NCBI RefSeq assembly: GCF_035594765.1
Contig: NC_085845.1
Coordinates: forward strand, 77,742,024 to 77,806,023
Origin: Anolis carolinensis
Lineage: Eukaryota
DNA: 64,000 nucleotides
Reading direction: 5' to 3'
The notes under the pieces were generated by a model that worked only from the letters and a program-made list of their open reading frames with translations, had not been told where the DNA came from and searched no databases. Of this stretch, positions 50,765 through 62,920 are shown in pieces; the first letter of the stretch is position 1, and every line of letters begins with the position of its first letter. Position numbers and translations under genes: made by a program.

Positions 50765-51480
50765 TTTATTTTGTATCAAAAGCATTGCATAAATTAGTAT
50801 AAAACTGATAAAAAATAGAAGGAGCACAAGCAGCTAAATATCTTTTGACCAAAACCAGGTGACAGTGACCACATTGTCTGTAGCCTCAAACAATTCTTCC
50901 GCTGAGGCAGGACAAGCATACACATGCGGAGTTGTCTGTTCTGCTCCACATTCACACAAGTTGGAGGATTCTTTTAGGTAGTGCCATTTTGTCAGGTTGT
51001 CTTTTGCTCTGCCCACTCCATTTCTGAGTCTGTTCAGGGACTTCCACATTGCCCATTCTGTGTTTGCCCTTGGAAGCAGACCCTCGTGGGGGTGCTATCC
51101 AATTAGGATTTCCTGGTTTAGCTGCCCAAAGGGATATTCTTGCTGTTGCTGGAGGAACATTAAGAGGAGTGGTGGTTCTCATGAAGGTTTTCCTTGATTT
51201 GAGTCTACTGGGAGGAGGCTGATAGTCATGCAGTGAATGGCTTTCACAGTGTTAAACCTTATTTCTCTCACAGTTAGCAACAACTTCCTGTCACACATCG
51301 GGGGAGGGGGCAATGCCAGCTAACTTGTTGAGTTCATCAACAGGTGTAGGTTTGAAAATCTTGTGATTATTCAGCATGTTTTGTTCAATGCTATATCCAC
51401 CTGCTTTGCATGGGCAGACTTGTGCCAGACAGGGCAGGCATACTCAGCAGATGAGAAAGAAAACTGAGTAAATACAGTCA
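50765..51480 (-). mobile_element. Vingi (Ingi-related) LINE 3' fragment
   Basis: Encodes WKSLNRLR.GVGR.K..L.KW.Y...CECGAEQT..H...CP. Confidence 0.8.
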
Positions 51481-54006
51481 GGCATCCCCTGGGCAATGTT
51501 TCTTGTAAATGGCTAATCTTTCAAAACCCAAAAGCATCGCTTTTAAACATTTTAAATTGGAGGTGTGTTTCCCCCCCTCCACAAATGGATGAACACCAAA
51601 GGTCTTTATCAAGACCATTGCTAACTATTATGTCTCTTAATATAGAAGGTTTGTCACTTGCTAAGGAAGAGCTACTAGCCAAAATGTCTGAGGAAATTTC
51701 GTGTGACATCTTATGTTAAGTTAGTTTGTGTTATATTGTTGAATGTGTCCATTTCGATGTATTATCTGTATGGTTTCCTTCTGGCAATTGAATGTTTGCC
51801 TTATATGTTGGAAACCACCCTGAGTCCCTTTGGGGAGATAGGGCAGTATACAAATAAAGATGATGATGATGATGTTGATGTTGATGTTGATGATGATGAT
51901 GATGATGGTGATTTGTTCTTTGGAGATTGGTTTAAAGCCATAAAGGGAAAATATGAGGAAACATTTGGCATGTAGAAACAGCAGGCAGGGAAAGGTTAAA
52001 TTGAGTGTTTAAAGCAAATAATGCTATAGCTAAGTAGTCCTCCATGTCAAAAATGTCTTGTTCAAAAAGCTGGCATTCAACAAAGAATGATGTTAGTGTA
52101 GGCCAACTTACCATACAGAGAGAATGTTTGATACTAGTGAAAATTACATGGTGTTGAATTGGCAGTGTCCATAAAGGAATGTATCATATGGCAGTAGTGG
52201 AAGAGTATGAAGACTGAGAGCCAGTGTGGTGTAGTGGTTTGACCAAGGTTCGCATATAAACTCAGGCATGGAAACCTAAAGCGTGACCTTAGTTAACGAC
52301 AGTCTGTCAGCCTCAGAGAGGAAGGCAAGGGCAAATCTCTTCTGAATAAATTATGCCAAGAAAACCCCAGATAGTGTTACCATAAGTCAGAAATGACGAA
52401 GGTATACAAGACCAATAACATATGGCTTGGACATCGCACTCCAAGCCTAAAGGCAGATATCACTAATAATGTCAGAATTATGTTTTAATCATATTAATTA
52501 AATTTGTTGGGGTTTTTGAGGTCCATTAAGATAAAACATAGATGTCCCTTCTGTTTCAAAACATTAACAGTGGCCCAATAGTTTTATCAGGTATTTACTT
52601 CTGTACATTTTCCAAATTTTTGCAGGGAGAGATAGCAAGCTGAGAGGCAAAAGTAGGACAGAACTGCACTTCTGTAGAATGTGATTTTCAAAGGAGTTCA
52701 ATCGAACTGTGTCCAGATTGCATAACAGATTGTTAAAGCAATGAAAGAAGTACTGCAAGAAGTCTTTCTGGTTTGGGCATAGTTTGAAAAAAAATAATTA
52801 AAAAAACATCCATAGTACTCAAATGCAAAAAATCCTTCTGTTCATGTGTTTTGTACATATAATTCATATTCAGAAGGACCACATATCCAAAGTGGACATA
52901 CTGCCTTTATGATATTTTTAATAATTTTAAAACAAGGAAAACATTTTCATGCATCTCTCCTTTATAGCATCTGCAAGTCTTTCTTCTGTTCTTTAAAATG
53001 CAGAAATTTAATTTTAAATGGGTTCTTATGTGTTTTAACTAAAGAGACTGACATTTTAACAGCATTCCCCATATTGATAATTCATGACATATTTCTAATC
53101 CTCTTGTGTACCTTGTAAATATGCAAATTATCTCTGCAAGGTATTTTTGCTCTTTCACTCCTCATTTTTTGCTATAGTACACCATTTGGTGTTCTAGATG
53201 TAGGATGTCTCTCCCTCACATTTTACTTCCTTCCCTATACAAAAGTGTAACTGTCTGGCCTTTATTGGTACTCCAGTCAATTTCTAAAAAAGAATTTATG
53301 AAGAGAAGATGCATCTCTCTGTGGTTTCCTGGGGGATAATATGGTGCCCCCCTCCTCAGCCTTTGATATTTGTCCATTTCAGTTTAAAATATTTTAATGC
53401 TACAGTTGACCTAACCATTGTTGAACTATTATTTTTGTATGATTTTAATTTTTGTGTATTCATTTGTACTTGCTGTAAGCCACCTCGGGTTCCAGTTCTG
53501 GAAACAGTTTAGATATATTCTTCCTGTCTGACACAAAGGTCTTCTTCTTTCATGAAGAAGGGAGAAGCAGACCTTTCAGTGGACAGATTTTGAAATATTT
53601 ATTCTTTTTAAATTAATATTTATCAATCAAATGATTAGTCCCTAGATATAAATGCCCAGTCCCTAGGTCACCTAATCCATTTCCCCAACTGTATCGTACA
53701 TTGTTTTGCACTATCCCATGCCCGGCCCTTTTATAGCCTGGTCATACCCATTTTTATAATTATGGTCATTGGTTCTTGTTGAACACAGTCTGATGGAGCC
53801 TCGATGCTGCTGTTTTTCTCTTATATTCAATTGTGTTTTGTACTGATAATTTATTTTATGATGTTTTTATTTTATTTTACTGGTGGTTTTGTTTTAATGT
53901 ATTATTGCATTTATGTATATTGGACTTTCTGTCCCATATGTAAGCCACCCCGATTCCCTTTGGGGAGATGGTGGCAAGGTATAAAAATAAAGTTATTATT
54001 ATTATT

Positions 54007-55347
54007 GTATGACACAGCAAACAAGATAGATATGCTGGATTTTGTATCACAAAATCACAAGTCAAACACTTCCCAAGTGTCTAGGACTGTGTGATGTATT
54101 TTCGGATGATGCACGCAGATCCCAGTAGGGTGGCCTATTGCAGTTAGCAGATCGTAATTTTGTCAATGCCTATTGTTTCAAAATGCCGGCTGAGATCTTT
54201 TGGCATAGCACCCAATGTACCGATCACCATCGGGACACCTGCACTGGTTTCTGCCAGAGTCTTTGCAGTTCAATCTTGAGGTCCAGAATAGAGGTTGAGT
54301 TTTTCTTGTTGTTTTTCGTCAATGCAACTGTCACCTGGGATGGCAACATCAATGATCCAAACCTTTTCCTTTTCTACAACTGTGATGTCTGGTGTGTTGT
54401 GTTCCAGAACTTTGTCAGTCTGGATTCGGAAGTCCCACAGTATCTTTGCGTGCTCATTTTCCAATACTTTTACAGGTTTGTGATCCCACCAGTTCTTTAC
54501 TGCTGGGAGGTGGTACTTGAGGCATAAGTCCCAATGAATCATTTGGGCCACATAGTTGTGCCTCTGTTTGTAGTCTGTCTGTGCAATTTTCTTACAGCAG
54601 CTGAGGATATGATCAATGGTTTCGTCAGCTTCCTTGCACAGTCTGCATTTTGGGTCATCAGGTGATTTTTCTATCTTGGCCTTAATTGCCTTTATTCTGA
54701 TGGCTTGCTCCTGGCCTTCTGTCTCCTTCTTCAGTGTCCCATTCATGAGCCAGAGCCAGGTCTTCTCCTTATCAGCTTTTCCTTCAGTTTTGTCAAGGAA
54801 CTTTCCATGCAGTGTTTTGTTGTGCCAGCTGTCAGCTCTAGTTTGTAGTGTGGTTTTCTTGTACTGGTTTTTTGTCTGCTCTGCTTTGAGGAGTTTCTGA
54901 TTTTTGACTTCAATCAAAGCAGGTTCTTCACTTTGCTTTACATATTCTGCAAGGGCATGTTCTTCTTCTTTGACTGCTTGTTTTACTTGTAGGAGTCCTC
55001 TGCCACATGATCTTCTAGGCAGATGTAGCTGGTCAACATCACTGCGGGGTTGTAGTGAATGATGAATGGTCATGAGTTTTCTTGTTTTTCTGTCCAAATT
55101 GTACAGTTCCGCCTGTGTCCAATTTATAATGCCAGCAGTATATCTTATGACAGGTATGGCCCAGGTGTTTATGGCCTTGATGGTGTTGCCTCCATTGAGC
55201 TTGCTTTTGAGAATTTTTCTGACCCTTTGTGTGTATTCTTTGCTGACCACAATTTTCACATGTTCATGCTTGATGTTGTCCAGCTGTAATATGCCCAGAT
55301 ACTTACAGGCCTCTGGCTGGTGACACTTTATTGTTTGGTCATTAGGC
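54007..55347 (-). mobile_element. R4/Dong-clade RLE retrotransposon, 3' part
   Basis: Encodes KYLGI, AINTWAIPV, CRLCKEADETIDHILSCC, RHN and PD..IIDVAIPGD (restriction-like endonuclease). The 3' end abuts (TAA)n. Confidence 0.9.
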
Positions 55348-55657
55348 AAACTTAATTGGAGCTTAACTGCTCCAGTGATGACTGAGAGCTGTGCTGGTGG
55401 TAGTGTAACTACCGGTAGGTCCAACCAAGCCAGAGAGGTCTCAGCTGAGGAGTAGAACTAAGAGCACCTAGCCCATTAGCATTATGGGGAATCAAACCAA
55501 AACGAAGTCTATACTGGCTCGGTCATCGCCCAGGATAAAAAGGACCGCGGTGGATGCTGCTGATTCTGGACATCCATCAACAAGTGGGCTACGGAATCAA
55601 AATACAAATGAACAGTCACAGAAGCGACAGAAATATACAATGCCAGAAAACCGCAAA
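55348..55657 (+). mobile_element. Inverted extreme 5' end of the same Dong/R4 element (5' UTR + ORF start at 55484)
   Basis: ARSSP...SGHP...RQKYTMPENR resembles the N-terminus of vertebrate Dong/R4 ORFs as I recall them; followed by (GTT)n(ATT)n. Confidence 0.65.
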
Positions 55658-55673
55658 GTTGTTGTTGTTGTTG

Positions 55674-55720
<47 letters not shown>

Positions 55721-55751
55721 TTAATTCAATGCTGCTAGCTTTTAGGAGAGT

Positions 55752-56300
55752 TTTTTTTTTCGTGTCAAAAGTATTGGTACAGCAAATACATTTCAAATAA
55801 TGGAAATAAAATAGAAAAGAAAAGAAATCACAAGCAACTAAATAGTTTTGGACCAAAAGCGGGCATCAGCAACCGCATTGTCCGTAGCTTTAAGCAACTC
55901 CTCCTCCGTACATGAGGCAGGGCATTGTGGGCAAGCATACATATGCTGAGTTGTTTGTTCAGCTCCACAGTCACACAAGGTGGAGGATTCCTCCAGGTAG
56001 TGCCACCTTGCCAAGTTGTCTTTTGATCTGCCTACTCCACTTCTGAGTCTGTTCAGGGACTTCCAAGTTGCCCATTCCTGGTTTGCCCCTGGAGGAAGAC
56101 CCTCTTGGGGGGCCATCCAGTTAGAATTGCCAGGTTTAGCTGCCCAGAGAGACACCCTTGCTGTTGCTGGAGGAACATCAAGAGGAGTGGTGGTTCTCAT
56201 GAAGCCCTTCCTTGATTTGAGTCTGGTGGGAGGAGGGTGATAGCCATGCAGTGGGTGGCTTTCACAATGTTCAACCTTTTTTCTCTCACCGTTAGCACCG
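55752..56300 (-). mobile_element. Vingi LINE 3' fragment
   Basis: Same C-terminal motifs as 50765; 12-bp TSD ttttaggagagt (55740-55751, 56301-56312). Confidence 0.85.
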
Positions 56301-57552
56301 TTTTAGGAGAGTACCATGAGAATATCATTGCTAAGATGCTTAAACAATAAGATACATGTTCTGCATTTCAATTTTGCATCACTTACTATAATTTTGTAAC
56401 AAGCCACATAATTAAAGATACTCCTACCTAAACAGTCAACATCCTATCAATACAGCCAACTGGATCACTCTTTCATGACTTGCAATCATCGCCTGTCTTT
56501 TGGATTGGAGAGTACTGGTTATATTAGAGGTGGAAGTGAAAATTGCAATACCCCCATGACTTTCAGGGGTGTTTCACACTGTTATTATAACACAGCTACC
56601 TTTGTAGTACTATTCAGTACTACAGACTGACACAACTGTCCATCAGTTTTAGTACTTTCAAATTTCTTTCGCTGGCTTCCGATATGTGACAGCATCCCTT
56701 CTAAATCATTCTTCTTTGAAGCTTCAAGGCCTGCCTTTTACATATATGGTATATAACAGTTTGATATCCTCACAATGTAAAGTTGTGCTGCTTTCTTTCA
56801 TCACCTCCACATTTAAGATGGGCTGCTTGCTTTAGCAGGTATATATGGAAGAGCATATTCTCCAAGCTCCCCCCCCCCCCCATATTTTGTTTCCCAAATG
56901 ATTTTCTCATGACTAAAAGTTACAAAATAAATTTAGGGAAAGGTTCACCTACAACTCTGAGAAGATGGATAGCAATGCAGCAATCTAAGGAATGATCCTA
57001 TCTGCCTGCTTCATTCTCTAGCTAGCATTTCTTCGAAATCAAGAGACAAAGGAGTAGGTGATGACCACCCAGCATAATTTTGAACCAGTGGTACAGAAAG
57101 AAATAATCAGAAAGTCTGTCCTTTTCCTCTTTATTCCTCCCTTTACTTCACCCAATTTAGCTAATTAAAACCAAGCTGTGAATTAAGGATCAGTTACTTC
57201 CTTTGTACTACAAGCTGCAAGTTGTCAGTTCACCAGTGTCTATAAAATCTCCAGAGAGACTTTAAAATGAGAGGGGAAATTCCATTTTTGCCTGTCAGCT
57301 AAAGTGAAAAGAGGGGATTCAATTTCATTCCCATGGAAAATTTTGTCTCTTTTTATTATTGTTCAAAAGGGAACATGCAAGAGATGCGATTAATAGTGGA
57401 ACAGATTTTCCCATTACAGCAACCACATCCTTTCTCTATAATATTTATTGGACTATGCTTCCAATCATTATTCTTAGCTGGCTTCATGATATTGTCATGT
57501 AGCCAAATCTGATGGATTGGTTTTGTGGAATCATTATCAAGTTAGTTTAGAG

Positions 57553-59457
57553 TAGGAGTGTGCGAAATCTTGTTGGTCGATTCAGATTTTGGATAATTTA
57601 GGCAATTCATAAAAGCATAGAATCATAGAGTTGGAAGAGACCTCATGGGCCATCCAGTCCAACCCCTTGCCAAGAAGCAGAAAATCGCATTCAAAGCACC
57701 CCCAACAGATGGCCATCCAGCCTCTGCTTAAAAGCCTCCAAAGAAGGGGAGAGAGTTCCACAGCTAAACATCTCTCACTGTGAGGAAGTCCTGCCAGATG
57801 TTCAGGTGGAATCTCCTTTCCTGTAGTGTAAAGCCATTGTTCCATGTCCTAGCTTCCAGAGCAGCAGAAAACAAACTTTCTCCCTTCTCCCTATGACTTC
57901 CCCTCACATATTTATACATGGCTATCATGTCTCCTCTCAGCCATCTCTTCTGCAGGCTAAACATGCCCAGCTCTTTCAGCCGTTCCTCATGAGGCTTGTT
58001 CTCCAGACCCTTGATCATTTTAGTTGCCCTCCTCTGAACACATTCCAGCTTGTCAACATCTCCCTTCAACTATGGTGTCCAGAATTGGACACAGTATTCC
58101 AGGTGTGGTCTGACCAAGGCAGAATAGAGGGGGAGCATGACTTCCCTGGATCTAGATGCTATACCCCTATTGATGCAGGCCAGAATCCCGTTGGCTTTTT
58201 TAGCAGCCGCATCACATTGCTGGCTCATGTTTAACTTGTTGTCCACAAGGACTCCAATATCTTTTTCACATGTACTGCTGTCCAGCCAGGCATCCCCTAT
58301 TCTGTATTTTTGCATTTCATTTTTTCTTCCTAAGTGGAGTATCTTGCATTTGTCCCTGTTGAACTTCATTTTGTTAGTTTCGGTCCATCTCTCTAATCTG
58401 TTAAGATCGTTTTGGATTCTGCTCCTGTCATCTGGTGTATTAGCTATCCCTCTCCGTTTGGTGTCATCTACAAACATGATGATCATGCCTTCTAGCCCTT
58501 CATCTGAGTCATTAATAAAGATGTTAAACAGAACTGGGCCCAGGACGGAACCTTGCGCTACTCCACTCGTCACTTCTTTCCAGGATGTAGAAGACGCATT
58601 GGTGACCACTCTTTGGGTTCATTCGCTTAGCCAATTACCTAACTCTAGTTTTGTCTAGCCCACATTTTACTAGTTTATTTGCCAGAAGGTCATGGGGGAC
58701 CTTGTCAAAGGCCTTACTGAAATCCAGGTACGCTACATCCACAGTGTTCCCTGTATCGACTCAGCTTGTAACTCTATTCAGCAGCCAAACTGTTGAATAT
58801 GAACTGGGAAGGACCTCTTTGAAGCCTTACCAGAATGAAACATGGGCTGCTAAATATTTTGGCTAAATTCAGGAAAAATTCATTGATTCTGGCTTATTTT
58901 TCATCATTAGTATTCTGAGTGTTTATTTGTTTTGTATGCGTAAGCAGCAATCTCTCCATGGTGGGATGACAGGGTTTAGCAGTGAGTGCAGCTACATTTG
59001 CTGCATCACATTTCTCAGCCAATCACAGGCCTGGCTCTGTCCATTCACTTCCCCTCTTGTGACATGTGCTAATTTGGACTTCAAATATCAGAAACCCCTC
59101 TTGCAAGTTTTTTTTAAAATATATATATTATTGATAAAAACTTAAAAATTCCCAAAAATTAATGGATTAGTGAAATGATTTGAAACTTGGCAGGTTTGCA
59201 GTTGTAAATGTGTTCTGCTAGTATGGCAAGTTTAATCATGATAGCCATAGAGATGACAGAAAGATGAGCCTTGCATGTTCCCCTATTGGCACCAATGGAC
59301 TGAATGTTATCAAGATGAAAATAGAACTCAGAATTCTGAATTACGGATCGGAATGTCTCCTAATATCCTGGAATCTTCTAGAAAACAAAATTGGCAGGGG
59401 AAAATCTAGAAATGGAACAAAAAACGGAACAGATTTATGCCATTTCACACACCCCTA
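57553..59457. mobile_element. hAT (TAGGG/Ac-type) non-autonomous element hosting a CR1
   Basis: TIRs TAGGAGTGTGCGAAAT / ATTTCACACACCCCTA; perfect 8-bp TSD gtttagag (57545-57552, 59458-59465). Confidence 0.8.
57608..58774 (-). mobile_element. CR1 LINE 3' fragment with intact 3' end
   Basis: RT motifs GV.QGSVLGP and FVDDTK; (GATTCTAT)n-type tail catagaatcatag. Confidence 0.93.
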
Positions 59458-60828
59458 GTTTAGAGTTGCGGACTTTAGGTATTGACCTTGTTGGACTTAA
59501 ATGACTATCTTTGAGCAATCTTGCTAACAGCTGCATTGACAGACATCGATGAACTAGTATTTTTGGTTGTTGGTCCTAAACCTTTGGGGTCAAATTCAGT
59601 GTAACAGATCTGGGCACTCATATCGTCTAAACAAGCATTTCCTTTTAGAAAGGCTTTTTGTGATTAGTTGTGTTCTGTTGCTGTTTTAATGCTCTGTCTT
59701 ATCCAATTTTTTCTAGTTTATCACCTGCATAGCACCTAGCCAAGGCTAAACTAATTAAATTTTGAGAGCAATTCCTGAAATTCATTTTAAGACTGCTTCA
59801 TCCAACTGACAGTGTGGTTTTGACATGCTGTCAGCTCCCCCTCCCTTTTTTATTTTTGTTTTGTTTTGTTCTGCTTAACATCTATTTTAGTGAAAGCTTT
59901 CAGAGCACTGGAAAGCACTATTTTCCAATAATTGGTTTGATCTTAATAAAAAAACTGCCCTGGTGTGGATTTTGGATTTTTCATTCTGCAGAAAAATAAA
60001 CTATGGGGACTTTTTCAGTTTGTAAAATAAATTAACACTAAGCAGTTGTGAATAATATAGTACCCAGTACATTAATAACTACAGAAGAAATGAGAAAGGC
60101 AGTAATTTGGCTGTCTGTGTAAGGAGATAACACTGAAGCCAAAGCTTCCAAGTGTCATTGTCATAATGCCAAAGCATAGCTTAGCACTATGAGGGACTCT
60201 CAGTGATTCTTGGACTTTTCCTCCCTCTCCTCTCTCTCATCTGGTTCCTTTAATCACTTACTAACCTGTCCCACCCTCAATCACTTCCCCTCAATTTCAA
60301 CCCAGTCCTCTGGGGGCATGGGTCTCATGTGTAAAAAAAAACTGTTTTCCCTAAAACTGCAAAGTAAAATGGGAGCTTTTAAAATAAATCACACTAAACC
60401 CTAAAAGAAGCACTTTAACTTTGAAAATGGAGGAACATCATGTATTTCAACAGCAGTGGGATTGAAGTACATGTAGACCTTTTTGCAGATGTGATTCCAG
60501 CCTAATTTCTATGATTATGTGGAAATGGTTCACATTTCTGAAAATCTCAGTGTAGGAAGAAAACACACTTTTGTAATCTGATGCAAAACTAGATGGGGAA
60601 TAAAATGCAGGAAGGGAAAGATGAACAAAATAGAAACTTACAGTACTTGTTCTTAATTGAAACGAGTAAAGTTAACCAACTTTTCTGTGTTTGGATGAAA
60701 GAGCAAGCTGTGACTAATTTAAAATAGAAGTCAACATCTTGTGGCTGAATCAGAGGGCAAGAAGAAGTGCATGAGGGCGAAACATACTGACTGAATGGAT
60801 AAAACTTCATAATGCTAAACCATGGATT

Positions 60829-61569
60829 GCTACTCAGTCATTTAGTCATTTCTGACTCTTTGTGACCTCATGGACCAGTCCACGCCAGAGCTCCCTGTCA
60901 GCTGTCGCCACCCCCAGTTCCTTCAAGGTCAAGCCAGTCACTTCAAGGATACTGTCCATCCATCTTGCCCTTGGTCGGCCTCTCTTCCTTTTTCCTTCAA
61001 TTTTCCCCAGCATTGTGATCTTTTCCAAGCTTTCTTGTCTCCTCATGATGTGGCCAAAATACTTCAACTTTGCCTCTAATATCCTTCCCTCCAGTGAGCA
61101 GCCGGGCATTATTTCCTGGAGGATGGACTGGTTGGATCTTCTTGCGGTCCAAGGCACTCTCAGGATTTTCCTCCAGCACCAAAGTTCAAAAGCGTCTATC
61201 TTCCTTCGCTCAGCCTTCCTTATGGTCCAGCTCTCGCATCCATAGGTTACTATGGGGAATACCATTGCTTTGACTATGCGGACCTTCGTTGCCAGTGTGC
61301 TGTTTCTGCTCTTCACTATTTTGTCAAGGTTGGCCATTGCTCTCCTCCCAAGAAGTAAACGTCTTCTGATTTCCTGGCTGCAGTCTGCATCTGCAGTGAT
61401 CTTTGCACCTAGAAATATAAAACTGCCTCCACGTTTTTTCCTTCTATTTGCCAGTTATGAATAGGTGTCGTTGCCATGATCTTGGTTTTCTTGACATTTA
61501 ACTACAACCCAGCTTTTGCACTTTCTTCTTTCACCTCCTCAGCTCTTCCTCACTTTCGGCCATCAGATC
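60829..61569 (-). mobile_element. BovB/RTE LINE 3' fragment
   Basis: Encodes TKVRIVKAMVFPIVTYGCESWT...IDAFELWCWR..LRVPWTARRSNQSIL; 11-bp TSD aaccatggatt. Confidence 0.9.
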
Positions 61570-61583
61570 AACCATGGATTAAG

Positions 61584-61637
<54 letters not shown>

Positions 61638-61801
61638 TTATGACACAGCAAACAAGATAGATATGCTGGATTTCGTATCACAAAATCACAAGTCGAACAC
61701 TTCCCAAGCGTTTAGGACTGTGTGATGTATTTTTGGATGATGTGTGCAGATCCCAGCAGAGTGGCCTTTTTCAGTTGGCAGATCGTAATTTTGTCAATTT
61801 C
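61638..61801 (-). mobile_element. Short Dong/R4 3' end inside (TTA)n
   Basis: Nearly identical to 54007-54170; flanked by (TTA)n at 61585-61637 and 61802-61858. Confidence 0.9.
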
Positions 61802-61859
<58 letters not shown>

Positions 61860-62194
61860 TGTAGACCACTCTATCTCCTGGAGGGACTATAATATACTGT
61901 ATTATGTTACATTTAAACCAGCCCACTTCTGTCTTTTTGAAAATATGGTTTTCTGCACAGAGGGCTACACACCCAAAAAGTTGGTGTCCAATGTTTAGGT
62001 TCTCACAGTTACCGCAATTGCTATAATTATAAATGACACCTGAAGCAATGTGCTGAATTTACTTGTTTGAGAAAAAGTTCTCCCAGACACTACCTTTCTG
62101 TAGGATCTTTTTCATTCCTTCATTCCTACCTCTATGCGGATACCCTTACTGTTGACTTTGCAGCTTCATGGCTACTAAATGTGACTTAAAGCTT

Positions 62195-62415
62195 GTTAAT
62201 TAAAACATTCACACTTGCTTTAAACAGACAAGGCTTCTTTCTCCCATCCTGGACATTCCACAGATATCCACTTGCTTCACTATTAACAGAACCTCTGAAG
62301 ATGTCAGCCACAGATACAGGCAAAACATCAGAAGAGAATGCTGCTAGAACATGGCCATACAGCCCAAAAAACTCACAGCAACCTAGTGATTCTGGCCATG
62401 AAAGCCTTCAACAAA
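62195..62415 (+). mobile_element. Penelope fragment
   Basis: Ends in gtgattctggccatgaaagccttcaacaa like the other copies. Confidence 0.8.
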
Positions 62416-62920
62416 ATATTTGGATTCATATTAGTAATGGTTTATCATTCAGTAAGTGATTTTGTAATCTAATTGGGACCAGCTGGTACATTAGGGCAGT
62501 GTTTCCTGAAGGATGGACAGTTGTATTGGTGTACCTTAAAAGAACTTCCTTCTTTCTAAACTATTTTCCCAATGGAGGGGTTAGTATTGTGACTGTCATT
62601 TCCACGGAACTTTGTTTTGAGGTCAGTGACCCTAGGTATTTAAACTGACTGACCTCCTTTAATGCTTGTCCATGAATTTGAATTGTTTTTCCAGTTTGAA
62701 GCCCACATTCCAGATACTCTATTTTGGGTATGTTCAATTGAAGTCAATTTTCACTATTACTCCATGTCTGCAGCTGTTGTTGGGGGGCTGCATGTTTTAG
62801 TTGGCCAAGTGCTATGTCATCTACATATAGGAGTGTCCAGGGGTGCATAGTTTGCCAATCTACTGTAGCAGTGTACCTTTAAAGAACAAAATTACTTATC
62901 CAAAATGGAACATGTGAGAG

